Counted from the whole stretch's first letter, positions 47,856 through 60,092 are shown. The stretch is DNA of 63,399 nucleotides, filler included, from Octopus bimaculoides (GCF_001194135.2; 6 parts of 6 records of this genome joined end to end with filler, not necessarily neighbours in it), one strand, 5' to 3'. The notes: generated by a model from the letters alone, not told the origin. Program-made: numbers and translations.

Positions 47856-48047
47856 AAGTAATGGACTCAAGCGACCAATTGCACCACATCTGTTATAAAA
47901 ATTTATCAGAAAACAATTTCCTTCAGTAGCACCATATAATTCATAAATGTGAGGAATACGGAATGTTTTCTGGAATGTTTCCCAAATATCTATACCAAGA
48001 CCATTTCCATACATCAATCTCACCTTATGAGAAATCTTCTTATTCCT
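47856..48047 (-). CDS. SLC27A: SLC27A/FATP internal exon; the most 5' exon present in this scaffold
   Basis: tttcag|RNKKISHKVRLMYGNGL..DIWETFQKTF.IPHIYELYGATEGN.....NRCGAIGRLSPLL|gtaagt. 192 nt, phase 0/0, with the YGATEG acyl-CoA synthetase motif. Confidence 0.95.
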
Positions 48048-48842
48048 CTGAAATTCAGAAAATGTTTTCATTTTAAGAAACAGAAATATATAATATGCGA
48101 TCTGCCTGTTTGTTCATTAGTTCATTCATTATCCTTCTTACATTCTAGCATTGGTTAGACAAAATGCATATTAATGAGGCATTGCTTTACAGTTTGATAC
48201 CCTTCCTGTTGCTTACACTTGCATATTTTTGGATTAAGAGAGTTTTCATTCTGCATGTCTTCGAAAGCATAAAGTTACTGGACAGTATTTTAGCAGGGAA
48301 ATGTCAACTAACTCCATCTGCAGCTCATCTTTGCACAGAATGTAAACATTTACATAGATACACACATGCACACACACACGCACACACTCATATACACATA
48401 TATATACATGCATACATACATACAGGCATAACTGTATGGTGGAGAAATTTGGTTACCACCAACATGGTTTTGGGACACTTGCCCACTGTATAACGCTTTG
48501 GGCAAGTGTCTTCTAATATAGCTCCTGCTAAACCAAAGTCTTGCAACAGGAGTTATTAGATGGAAATTGAAAGAAGTATATCATTGTGGGTGTGTGTGCA
48601 GTTGTGTCTCTTTTGCAGTTGTAAATGAACGTCTCTGTCAAACAAGCAGTGTCATTCATTCATTCATATCTTGCAAAAACATGTCTGGCCATGAGGAAAC
48701 GTTACCTTGCTTGGAAACAGGTGAAGGTTAGCAACATGAAGAGTATCCAGCTGTAGAAAATTTACATTAATAAACTCCATCCAGCTATGGTAAACATGGA
48801 AAATTGGTTGTTAAAACAATGATGATGATGATGATGATACAG

Positions 48843-48873
<31 letters not shown>

Positions 48874-50550
48874 ATATAAGGACTTCCATTCAGTTTCCAT
48901 TTCACCAAATTCAATCACATGCCAATGACCAGCCTGAGGCTATTGCAGGAGTCACTTGCTCAAAATGCTGCATAATGGAACTGAATCTGGAACCACATGG
49001 CTGAGAAGGAGTCTTCTTAACTACATAGTTATGCTTATGTCTTAATGCTTTTGCATTCAGATTACTCTGGTAAATGTAACACCTATTTATTCACGCTGTT
49101 TTGAATTAATCATGCATTATCTTATAGGTCCTGAGATTTCAATGATGCAATTGTATATTTTCAGAATAGCATTGTAGGGTAGATGTGAGAAGCTGGATTT
49201 GGACAGTTTGCACATAAAACATGTAGAATATTTGGGCCAGATATGACCAGTTTACATGCTAAATAGTTAGGATGCTTAAATAATGATTTCGAATTTGGGC
49301 ACAAGGCCAGCAATTTCAGAGGAGGGGATAAGTCAATTACATTGACCCCAGTGTGAACACTGGGTACTTATTTTATTGACCCCAAAAGGATGAAAGGCAA
49401 AGTCAGCCTCAGCAGAATTTGAACTCAGAACAAAAACAGACAAAATGCCACTAATGAAATGACAGACAAAATGTCAGCATGCTAAGCATTCTGCCAGCTC
49501 ACCACTTTAAGATGTTTAAATAATAAGATTAACTCCAAATATTAACAGATATTCTTTTTCTTACTTTTCTTTTCTTTTTTTTTTTTCTTTTTTTAGTACT
49601 TAACCATAAAATTGGTGTTTCATGATAGCCAACAGATATTTTGTTGCCATATTAAATACAATAAAGTATAGTATTTGTATCACATTATACATAACTAATA
49701 TGTTGATGTCACATCAAATATAAAACCAAATGTTTTATTGACTAGATATGTAAGGAGAATCAAACACCAGCAGGATTTGAACTCAGAACTGTGAAGAATT
49801 AATACAGATGTACTGAAGCACTTAGTCCAGTAGTCTACTCAACCATTTCCTCTGATTTTAACTGAATTTTCTTGAATAGGCACAAATCTTCAAATAAGGA
49901 GTTAAGTGTTTTATACTTTTTCAAAGAGACTGGTAGCTCAAGAGAAATAAGATAGATACAGATGAAAGTCAGAACCAATCCGGAAATTTGTCTTAGTAGT
50001 TTTCTTTTTGATTTTACTGGTTATTTTGGGGAAATAAGAAATTCCAAACAGTATTCACTCAGTCTATGTCTGCTTTTTGATGCTAGCATAAGTTACATAA
50101 ATACTTATTACAAAGACATTATTTTACAGCCAAGATGTCATTAATTTTACTAATCTTTAGTTGATTTTCAAGTAAGAAATTCTCTTTCATTGCATTTGTC
50201 ACTGAAAGAGCTGAGCTTCAGCATGATTTATTTATGGGAACTGTAAAATCGAGATTGAGTGAACCTTTATCCTTTTTGCTCAATGTGTGGTTTCTGTCCA
50301 TACTGAGCTCACCTTGGGACTCCTGCATTACTATTTGACAGATGTACCACTCCAATGAAACTTACCGACCATCACGGAATGTAAATACTTGCAAAACACA
50401 CACACACACATACATTGGGTTGTTAGATGAATTAAGTTTTTGGGGGTCTTTTTTTCTACTTGGTACTCTACATTCATACATCTGAAAAGAAGTAAGATTT
50501 ATTCAAATTTCAAAAATGATAAACACAAGTTGTAGAAGGAGAAAAGAGCT

Positions 50551-50650
50551 NNNNNNNNNNNNNNNNNNNNNNNNNNNNNNNNNNNNNNNNNNNNTTAATT
50601 AATTAANNNNNNNNNNNNNNNNNNNNNNNNNNNNNNNNNNNNNNNNNNNN
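50551..50650. other. Artificial scaffold-joining spacer separating the LIMK and SLC27A fragments
   Basis: 44 N + TTAATTAATTAA (50595-50606) + 44 N. Confidence 0.95.
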
Positions 50651-50696
50651 CAGTCAACTGTATTGTTTCATTGGTATTTTTGACTAAAGAGTCAAT
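50651..50696 (-). CDS. LIMK: LIM domain kinase exon (end of PDZ), truncated at the scaffold end
   Basis: caccag|ATT GAC...IDSLVKNTNETIQLT, phase 0. Similar to human LIMK1 IDLLIQETSRLLQLT. It runs into the N spacer. Confidence 0.8.
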
Positions 50697-51283
50697 CTGG
50701 TGGCCCATCAAAGGCAAGAAAGAGGGGAAAGAAAAGAAAAAAATTGCAATTAAGTTGGAGAAGGAAGGAAGGAAGGAAGAAAGGAAAAACAGACGGAAAG
50801 CAAAAATCAAAACTGAAACCAGAAAAACAAGACAGGATTATAATTCTTTTTTTTTTTAAACTTTGTTTTATCTTTTACTTGTTTCAGTCATTAGACTGTG
50901 GCCATACTGGGGCATTGCCTTGAAAAAATTTTTTAGTTGAATGAATCGTCCCCAGTAATTTTATATATATACCACCTGGTCTAGGAATTGAAACCACAAT
51001 CTCTTGATCATGAGTATAACACCCTAACCACTAGGCCACGTGCCCAACATACACACACACACACACATATATATATACATATGCATATATGTGTATAAAC
51101 TTGTGTATATGGCTGTGTGTGTGTGTTTCAATATATATACAGGTGTGTGTATATAGGTGGGTATATGTGTTTACACAGATGTGTGCATGTGTATAAAGGT
51201 ATTTGTATGTATATATATATTGTGTGTATGAGAGAGAGAGAGAGAGAGATAAGCAGACAGAAAAAGAGAGGGAGTGTGGTTAC

Positions 51284-51377
51284 CTCATCGAAAGATTTTT
51301 CCTTCACTGCTGTGCCATTTACTTCTAAAATTTTATCACCAATATTTAAAGAATTTAATTCAGGGCTGCCATCAAGC
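51284..51377 (-). CDS. LIMK: LIM domain kinase exon (PDZ)
   Basis: ttcttag|G LDGSPELNSLNIGDKILEVNGTAVKEKSFDE|gtaacc. 94 nt, with the GD.ILEVNG PDZ motif. Confidence 0.93.
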
Positions 51378-52601
51378 CTAAGAAGCAAAAAAGAAAGATG
51401 AAAAAGAAAGATGAAAAAGAAAAAAAAAACTGAAGAAACACACACAAACTAAAAAGATAAAACAAAACAACAACTCGCAACAAAGAGAGCTTCTGTTTGT
51501 GGTTGCTCAACCTCATAGAAATAGCAGGTAAACATCCCTGAAAGTGCGTCCTACCATTTTTAACCATTTAAACCAGACATACCCGGGCCAAATATTCAAC
51601 AACAGTGGTTCCAGAACGTTTTTGGAGTGCTGCCCCCTTGGCAATCAGGCTACATTCTTAGCATCACCCCGCCACCACCACAAACACAGACCACCTTCTG
51701 CAGCAAATTCAAAACAACTGCATCTCGCAAATAAAATTCAACCTAACCAACCCATTATTTTGTTGCTTTTGCATTCATCCCCCAAAAAGCCCTTTTGGCC
51801 AACCCATTATCACCCCCACTTTTCTTCAGTCCCCCCTACCCAGTGCAGTACTGNNNNNNNNNNNNNNNNNNNNNNNNNNNNNNNNNNNNNNNNNNNNNNN
51901 NNNNNNNNNNNNNNNNNNNNNNNNNNNNNNNNNNNNNNNNNNNNNNNNNNNNNNNNNNNNNNNNNNNNNNNNNNNNNNNNNNNNNNNNNNNNNNNNNNNN
52001 NNNNNNNNNNNNNNNNNNNNNNNNNNNNNNNNNNNNNNNNNNNNNNNNNNNNNNNNNNNNNNNNNNNNNNNNNNNNNNNNNNNNNNNNNNNNNNNNNNNN
52101 NNNNNNNNNNNNNNNNNNNNNNNNNNNNNNNNNNNNNNNNNNNNNNNNNNNNNNNNNNNNNNNNNNNNNNNNNNNNNNNNNNNNNNNNNNNNNNNNNNNN
52201 NNNNNNNNNNNNNNNNNNNNNNNNNNNNNNNNNNNNNNNNNNNNNNNNNNNNNNNNNNNNNNNNNNNNNNNNNNNNNNNNNNNNNNNNNNNNNNNNNNNN
52301 NNNNNNNNNNNNNNNNNNNNNNNNNNNNNNNNNNNNNNNNNNNNNNNNNNNNNNNNNNNNNNNNNNNNNNNNNNNNNNNNNNNNNNNNNNNNNNNNNNNN
52401 NNNNNNNNNNNNNNNNNNNNNNNNNNNNNNNNNNNNNNNNNNNNNNNNNNNNNNNNNNNNNNNNNNNNNNNNNNNNNNNNNNNNNNNNNNNNNNNNNNNN
52501 NNNNNNNNNNNNNNNNNNNNNNNNNNNNNNNNNNNNNNNNNNNNNNNNNNNNNNNNNNNNNNNNNNNNNNNNNNNNNNNNNNNNNNNNNNNNNNNNNNNN
52601 N

Positions 52602-52636
<35 letters not shown>

Positions 52637-53024
52637 TATCATCATCATCATCGTCGTCGTCGTTTAACGTCCGCTTTCCATGCTAGCATGGGTTGGACAA
52701 TTCGACTGAGGACTGGTGGACCAGGTGGCTATACCAGGCTCCAATCTGATCTGGCTAAGTTTCTACAGCTGGATGCCCTTCCTAACGCCAACCACTCCGA
52801 GAGTGTAGTGGGTGCTTTTATGTGCCACCGGCATGAGGACCAGCCAGGTGGTTCTGGCAACGACGATGCTCAAAAGGTGCTTTTTACGTGCTACTTGCAT
52901 GGCAGCCAGTCCAGCGGCACTGGCAAAAACCACATTCGAATGTTGTTTTTCACGTGCCACTGGCACTTGTGCCGGTAAAGCAACGTTGGCATCGATCACG
53001 CTTGATATACATACATAATGTGCA

Positions 53025-53055
<31 letters not shown>

Positions 53056-53153
53056 ACATACACAGCACCTAAAACTTTTCATATAAAATGGCAAAAAGGA
53101 CAGAAGGAAAGAAAAACTAAAAGAGACCTGACTGCAAAACAAGGTGGACTTAC

Positions 53154-53345
53154 CCTGAAATTCGGATGAGATGGGATGCTCCCTTTTGAAACGGGGTGTA
53201 TACACCTTTTTCCACACTGAGCTGTACACCACGACTGCCACTTTCCGGATTGGCTGGTATTTCAATCAGCTGGATGGAATGAGGCCTCCTGTTTTCAGGC
53301 ATTTCAGTGAATTTTGGTTTTATCACATTGTTGTAGCAATAAGCA
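53154..53345 (-). CDS. LIMK: LIM domain kinase exon (end of LIM2, start of PDZ)
   Basis: ttgtctag|T AYCYNNVIKP...RRPHSIQLIEIPANPESGSRGVQLSVE...HLIRIS GG|gtaagt. 192 nt, phases 2/2. Confidence 0.92.
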
Positions 53346-54187
53346 CTAGACAAGGAGAAAAAAAAGCAGAGATAAGGATGGAACGTGTGTGTGTGTGTGT
53401 GTATACATATTTAATCCTTTATATTGAACACTTAATATTTCATATATTCAATAAGACATATTCCATATATTCAATGAGACATATTCCATATATTCAATAA
53501 GACATTCAATACTTCATTTCATTGTACCATCCATTTTTATATTATATATTCCATATTCTATATCCCACATTAATTTTACAAGAATATAAATAAAACATAA
53601 AAAACAGACAAAAATAATATATTCCTCTATACACAATCATACAAAACCCCCTTTTTGGTATTTATTTTTACTCACACACACACACACACACACACATACA
53701 CACACACACATGATGAAAGTAACATTAATTTTCTAGGTCAACTGATCAATGAACCAATTAAGTAAACCTATCAATAATGAACTTATAGCAGCTACTGGAA
53801 ACAGCTGTAAAATATGTAATGACCATTATACATTATATGCTCAAATGGTGCTATTTACCCTGTATATGTATAAAATAATCCATTCTACTTTTGGCACAAG
53901 GCCTGATATTTTGGTGGGGAAGGGTGCTTAATTGCTTACATCAACCCCCAGTACTCTACTGGTACTTATTTTATTGGATTATTAACCATGAAAGGATGAA
54001 AGGCAAAGTCGACCTCCTCATCATTTGAACTCAGATTGTAAAGGTGGAGGAAATGATGCTAAGTGTGTTCACAATTCTGTCTGTTTGTCACCTTATATAA
54101 AATAACGAAATAAAAGATTGCGTGTTCAGTAAATAAAAAAAAGGGGGGGGGAAGGAAAGTAAAGAAAAAAAAGAGTTGTATATTTAC

Positions 54188-54297
54188 CAGTAGAGTTTTG
54201 TCCGTTCCACCAAGGCGTACCCTTCTCCATCTCCAATGTAGTTAGAGCAGTGACAGCATAGAAAGCATTCTGGGTGGTACCGATGTTCTCCTGCCAC
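54188..54297 (-). CDS. LIMK: LIM domain kinase exon (LIM2; not in the ORF track)
   Basis: ccctcag|[38 protein letters not shown]|gtaaat. 110 nt. Similar to human LIMK1 VAGELKYHPECF...IGDGDTYTLVEHSKLYC. Confidence 0.96.
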
Positions 54298-54655
54298 CTG
54301 AGGGGGTTAGAAAATAAGAGTGTGAGGAGGAGGAGGAGAGAAAGATGAATGCATTTGTATATGAATTACAAAGATATATATAGACAGACATTAGAAAACC
54401 AAATGAACCTTTCAACATTCAGATTATTTTGTAAAATATTAGGCTTTCATCATCATTTAGTATCCATTTTCCCTGCTGGCATGGATTAGATGGCTTAACT
54501 AACTGGTATAAAGATTTGAATAACACCTGCATTTAACTCCATCTCTTAATTTATATATATATATATATNNNNNNNNNNNNNNNNNNNNNNNNNNNNNNNN
54601 NNNNNNNNNNNNNNNNNNNNNNNNNNNNNNNNNNNNNNNNNNAAATATATATTTT

Positions 54656-55079
54656 CATCTTGTTTGTTGTTAACACATTTTGGCTGATATACCCTCCAGC
54701 CTTCATCAGGTGTCTTGGGGAAATTTTGAATCTGGGTTCACATTCCTAATGTATTCTATGATATTATTATTATTATTATCATTATTCAGGTCACTGCCTG
54801 GAATTGAACTCATATGGCGTAGTGGTGAAGAGCGCGGGCTACTAACCCCAAGATTCCGAGTTCGATTACAGGCAGTGACCTGAATAATAATAATAATATC
54901 AAAAGATACCTTAGGAATAACCCAGGTTCAAAATTTCCCCCAAGACACCTGATGAAGGCTGGAGGGTATATCAGCCGAATCGTTGTGTTAACAACAAACA
55001 AGATGAGGACAAATGTTCGTCAAATGTAAATAAGGTAAATAATGTATATAATTCCTCATCTCTTAAATATAGAACTGTA
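54656..55079 (+). mobile_element. tRNA-headed SINE-like element with a Penelope-type hammerhead, plus an upstream inverted 5'-truncated copy
   Basis: A box TGGCGTAGTGG (54815-54825), B box GAGTTCGATT (54858-54867), hammerhead at 54944-54989, and 3' end AATTCCTCATCTCTTAAATATAGAACTGTA. 54656-54811 is the reverse complement of 54858-55005. Confidence 0.75.
54944..54989 (+). ncRNA. Minimal type I hammerhead ribozyme motif (core-mutated)
   Basis: GACAC-CTGATGA-A-GGCTG(gagggtatat)CAGCC-GAAT*C-GTT-GTGTT. Stem I is GACAC/GTGTT and stem II is 5 bp. A palindromic ACGT stem III would be restored if the T at 54980 were A. The inverted copy at 54672-54714 (-) has GAAA changed to AAAA plus a small deletion. 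Confidence 0.65.
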
Positions 55080-55195
55080 TCTTCATTCAACTTTAGAAGA
55101 AAATACATATATATAATGAAGATAACATCTCATAAAAATTTTGTCAGGGAATCCATTAACGGTTCTAATCTAAATGAAATGAGCAACTTCCTTAC

Positions 55196-55331
55196 CATGA
55201 CAGGGCCAGCAATTAATTCCGAACAACCGTGACAGGAGTCACCATATATTGTCCAGTAATCTTGATGGCAGAAAAGTTGTCCACCTTTTTCAACATACCA
55301 GTTGGTTAGCCGGCGTTGACATCTAGAACAC
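55196..55331 (-). CDS. LIMK: LIM domain kinase exon (LIM1 C-half, LIM2 start)
   Basis: cttccttag|G CSRCQRRLTNWYVEKGGQLFCHQDYWTIYGDSCHGCSELIAGPVM|gtaagg. 136 nt. Similar to human LIMK1 ..[35 protein letters not shown]. Confidence 0.96.
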
Positions 55332-55580
55332 CTAAGGAAGAAACAGACAGAGATGTGATGTAATACAAACAGGGAGAAATGCACAAACACACAGTCACAA
55401 AATCAATCCATCTTTCAAATTTGATTGATACAAGAAGTATGGTTTATGAAATCCATTTGTAGATCAAAAGAATTTGAGAAACTAAGAAAATCATGTCCTG
55501 CCCGCCTTTGTTATGCTAATACATACAAAATTAACCCATTTATTAACCATATATTTGTTGATTTGAATTAACTTTGAATA

Positions 55581-55783
55581 CAATGAAGAGGTAGTAAGGT
55601 AACATTCTCAGGCAGCACTGACGAAGATATTAAGACGAGAATAAGTAAGGCAAGGACTGCTTTTCACCTGTTAAAAAAAGTATGGAGCGCAAGTGTAATT
55701 TCAATAAAGAACAAAATAAGAATGTTTAGCACTAACGTAAAAGCGGTATTACTGTATGGGGCTGAGACATGGCGAACAACAGT
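55581..55783 (+). mobile_element. RTE LINE fragment (post-RT domain)
   Basis: GSKVTFSGSTDEDIKTRISKARTAF..L.KVW....IS.K.K.R.F..NVK.VLLYGAETW. Confidence 0.85.
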
Positions 55784-56818
55784 TTAGCATTCAGATTACT
55801 TTGTCAAATGTAATCCTTATAATGTCATTGTTTCTTTTTAAAATGACAGTGTAGGGACAGTGTGAGAGGTTGGATCTGGCAAGTTTGAACTTAAAAGAGG
55901 TAAAATATTTGGGTCAGATGTGTTCGGTTTAAGTGCTAACGGGTTAAATTGACTTTATAACTAGCAGTTTATATTATGAACCAACAGTGGTCTCACTCAG
56001 ATGGGTCAGTATCAAAAATGTTGATAAAAATGCAAGAAATACACACACACACACACACATGCGCACAAAGACCAACCGAGATAAAATTAGGCCAAGCTTA
56101 ATCTTTCTAGTCATTGATCTATGATAGTAAAATGACTGATAAATTGAGTGTATCAAATCCATACTTAAGCAATGGATATACCAGTCTTCACTCTGGACAA
56201 TAGCCTTGGTCGAAGATTAAGGTTAATACAAAGCTTTTGTGTTAGTTTTTAAACGAGGTACAATTGACATTTACTAAGATGTCCTTCACACTGGACACAA
56301 TCCTTGGTAGAAGCTTAAGGCTAATATCTTTTATATCCATCTTTTACTTGTTTCAGTGATTACACTGTGGCCAAGCTGGGGCACTGCCTTGAAGAATTTT
56401 TCATGATCCGATCATACAGAACGAAACATCAACAAACATTCAATTATTCTGAAGATAACGAAAAATGTATCTTGGCGCTTTGGCATTTAAACTGGCAGAA
56501 TATCTGGGCCAAATATTCTGCCAGTTCTATGTTTAAACAAGCCAGATCAGGCCCATCACACCTATCCTATGAAGCTGTTATAAAAATAAACAATCATGTG
56601 ATCAAAATCTTGAAGTGTGGAGATATGCAAGATTGTTCTAAAACGATAATAAATAAGCTCAGGAGTGGCTGTGTGGTAAGTAGCTTGCTTACCAACCACA
56701 TGGTTTCGGGTTCAGTCCCACTGCGTGGCACCTTGGGCAAGTGTCTTCCACTATAGCCTCGGGCCGACCAAAGCATTGTGAGTGGTTTTGGTAGACGGAA
56801 ACTGAAAGAAGCCTGTCG

Positions 56819-56849
<31 letters not shown>

Positions 56850-56861
56850 TTGTGTTTGTTT

Positions 56862-56961
56862 NNNNNNNNNNNNNNNNNNNNNNNNNNNNNNNNNNNNNNN
56901 NNNNNTTAATTAATTAANNNNNNNNNNNNNNNNNNNNNNNNNNNNNNNNNNNNNNNNNNNN
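56862..56961. other. Artificial scaffold-joining spacer
   Basis: 44 N + TTAATTAATTAA (56906-56917) + 44 N. Confidence 0.95.
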
Positions 56962-58044
56962 ATATATATATATATATATATACATATATGTTTATTTATA
57001 CATTCATATGTCTGCGTGTGTAGTTGTCTATATATATATATATGTTTGTGTGTTTTTGTGTGTTTTTGTGTGCGTGTGTGTGTGCGTGCGTGTATGTATG
57101 TCTATAATTGGCAGCCTTCAGAAACTGTCACTTGAACGCGTACACACAAACGCACGCTCTCACATTCACATATGAAATTAAATATAAGAGTATAGTGAGA
57201 GAGATTGCTTGTGTGTTCGTGTTTGTTTATCAATGTTACTACTCATGTGTGTGTTACCTATTCGTGGCTATATTATGTATGGTTGTATGTGTGTATATGT
57301 ATGTGTAATCTGAATGTTTGCATATCATCTCATTTAAAACCGGCTGTGTGAAAATCATACATTTGCATAACTAAAAAAGATATATGCAGGATAATTTCAA
57401 AGATTATATCAGAGGTCTATAAATCTGAATATTTGACTCGAGTTAACTCTGTCCCATTCTATTAAACAACGACTTTAAACTCTTTCACCCAGTTCTACAA
57501 TTATCTCACACCTTGCTATTAAATCTTAGTGCAATCATCGGCTGTCATTGAAATGCTGCGATAAAATCGATAAAATTAAATTGAAAAGAAAAAAAAAAGA
57601 TAGAAAAAGGATCTGAATATCTTTCTGTGGATTGAGTGTTTGAAATGGTTCCCATTTTAATCGCTCCCTATTTTAGTTCCGTAATATTAAAACAATATGG
57701 AGACATAAGAAAAAATAACGTGATAGCCACCCGAGTAGTTGTGTGGTTTGACTTTTCCTTTTCAGTCGTATGTTACTGAGGTCAGTCGGACTGCGTGTTA
57801 CCTTGAGTAAATGACTGTTTGCTTTATCCCCTGGATGATCTAAGCCTTGTTAGGAGATTGGTAGACGGAAACTGAGAGATGTCCGGTGCTTTGATAAATA
57901 TATGTATAGTAAAGTCTACTTACCATCACAATGTGGCAGACCTACAGAGGACAGGACGATGTTACAACTTTATAGTCCCAGGAAAAGCATTTTTTCCCGC
58001 TGGCTACCTACACATGTTCTGTTCATTGCTCCCATTCTAGCCTT

Positions 58045-58434
58045 AGCGATACTTGTAGACCAGTGGTTTCTGGGTAATTTTCTTCCTCGGTACAGGACAA
58101 TCGTTGGCTAGATATGGCAGCTACTCGATCTAGCTTATAGTATATACTTTTAAAGCGACACACAATCGCTGATCTCGTAAAGAGAAAAACAAATTTTAAA
58201 TCTCTGAGCTAGAACTATGTGGTAACAGGACCTAAGTGTAAAGTCTATTTTCCAACATATTTCTCGCTTAGAGATTTAAAACAAGTTGTTTTTCTCTTCC
58301 CGAGATCAGCAGCAGTGTGTCGCTTTAAAAGTATATACTATGAGCAAGGTTGAGTAGCTGCCATCTCTAGCCGACGATTGTCCTGCACCGAGGAAGTGAA
58401 ATAACCCAGAAACCATTAGTCAACAGGTATCGCT
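58045..58434. mobile_element. Foldback/MITE-like element with about 160-bp inverted arms
   Basis: 58045-58205 versus the reverse complement of 58270-58434 (AGCGATAC.TGT.GAC.A.TGGTTTCTGGGT...TTTTAAATCTCT), with an approximately 65-bp spacer. Confidence 0.85.
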
Positions 58435-58444
58435 TTTTTTCTTC

Positions 58445-58484
<40 letters not shown>

Positions 58485-58793
58485 NNNNNNNNNNNNNNNN
58501 NNNNNNNNNNNNNNNNNNNNNNNNNNNNNNNNNNNNNNNNNNNNNNNNNNNNNNNNNNNNNNNNNNNNNNNNNNNNNNNNNNNNNNNNNNNNNNNNNNNN
58601 NNNNNNNNNNNNNNNNNNNNNNNNNNNNNNNNNNNNNNNNNNNNNNNNNNNNNNNNNNNNNNNNNNNNNNNNNNNNNNNNNNNNNNNNNNNNNNNNNNNN
58701 NNNNNNNNNNNNNNNNNNNNNNNNNNNNNNNNNNNNNNNNNNNNNNNNNNNNNNNNNNNNNNNNNNNNNNNNNNNNNNNNNNNNNNNNNNNNN

Positions 58794-58843
<50 letters not shown>

Positions 58844-59222
58844 TGTGCGTTTGCGTGTGTGTCTACATCTGTGTTTGTTCCCTCATCACCGCTTGACAAC
58901 CGGTGTTGGCGTGTTTACATTCCCATAACCTAGTGGTTCGGCAAAAGTGGCGATTGCATGAGTACTGGGCTTTAACAATTATGTCATGGGGTCGATTTGT
59001 TCAACTAAAACTTTCTAAGGCGGTGCTCCAGCATTGCCGCAGTAAAACGACTGAAACAAGTAAAAGAATAAAAGAATAGAATAATATATAATGAAGAGTT
59101 TCATTGAAGAGAAACCAGTAGACTCTATAAATATTCTATCTTATAAAATGTATAAACTGTGTGCATTTACCTTTTAAGTTTACAAACACACACACACACA
59201 CATACACACACACATACACACA

Positions 59223-59284
<62 letters not shown>

Positions 59285-59992
59285 TAAGGATTTTTATACG
59301 GAAGATGGAATGAACAAGTTATATTACAAATCTCTACAATTGTTTCGGTGCATCACTATCAACTTGTTATTGCTGCATGTTACGTGTATAATACACATTA
59401 TTGCATTAATATGACCCATCAATAGCTGTATTCATGCATGTCTTCGGGTAAGGAGAGTCTAATGCAGTGTGAGATCATCCAAAAAGTTTTCATCTGCAGA
59501 ATATATATATCATGCACGCTGGTATTAAACAACTCTAATGCGAAAGCCCAATGCTTCTTATATGGTGATTAACAACCGATGACTTGTAGATTAAAATTCA
59601 ATATATAAAATGTATTCATTGTATAAAGGAGAAAAGCTGCAGATAAAAAGAAAAACAATGTAGCAGGCGAAATATGTTTCTGCTTTTCAGCAAGTCATGC
59701 ATGGGTACATTGCCAAACAATATCTGAACCACAATAACTTATAACAGCAAAGTAGTCTATGTTGAACCGTAAAACGCAATAATAATTGTTAAATTGAAGG
59801 TAATGCTTTTGCAATCTTGAAATTTAAAATGAAAATACAGGTGGTGTGTGTGTGTGGTAAGACGTCTGCTTTCCAACCACATTGTTCCGGGTTCAGTCCC
59901 ACTGCATAACACCTCGGACAACTGTTTTCTACTATAACTTGATATGTATTCTTTTGCTTTATGTAATCTTCTCATGCATATACTTGCATATC

Positions 59993-60092
59993 NNNNNNNN
60001 NNNNNNNNNNNNNNNNNNNNNNNNNNNNNNNNNNNNTTAATTAATTAANNNNNNNNNNNNNNNNNNNNNNNNNNNNNNNNNNNNNNNNNNNN
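59993..60092. other. Artificial scaffold-joining spacer
   Basis: 44 N + TTAATTAATTAA (60037-60048) + 44 N. Confidence 0.95.

Noticed and set aside
48048-50550. Search for upstream SLC27A exons (YIGELCRYL, IYTSGTTG)
   Set aside because: Only SINE, MITE and AT-rich sequence is present; the 5' exons must lie on another scaffold.
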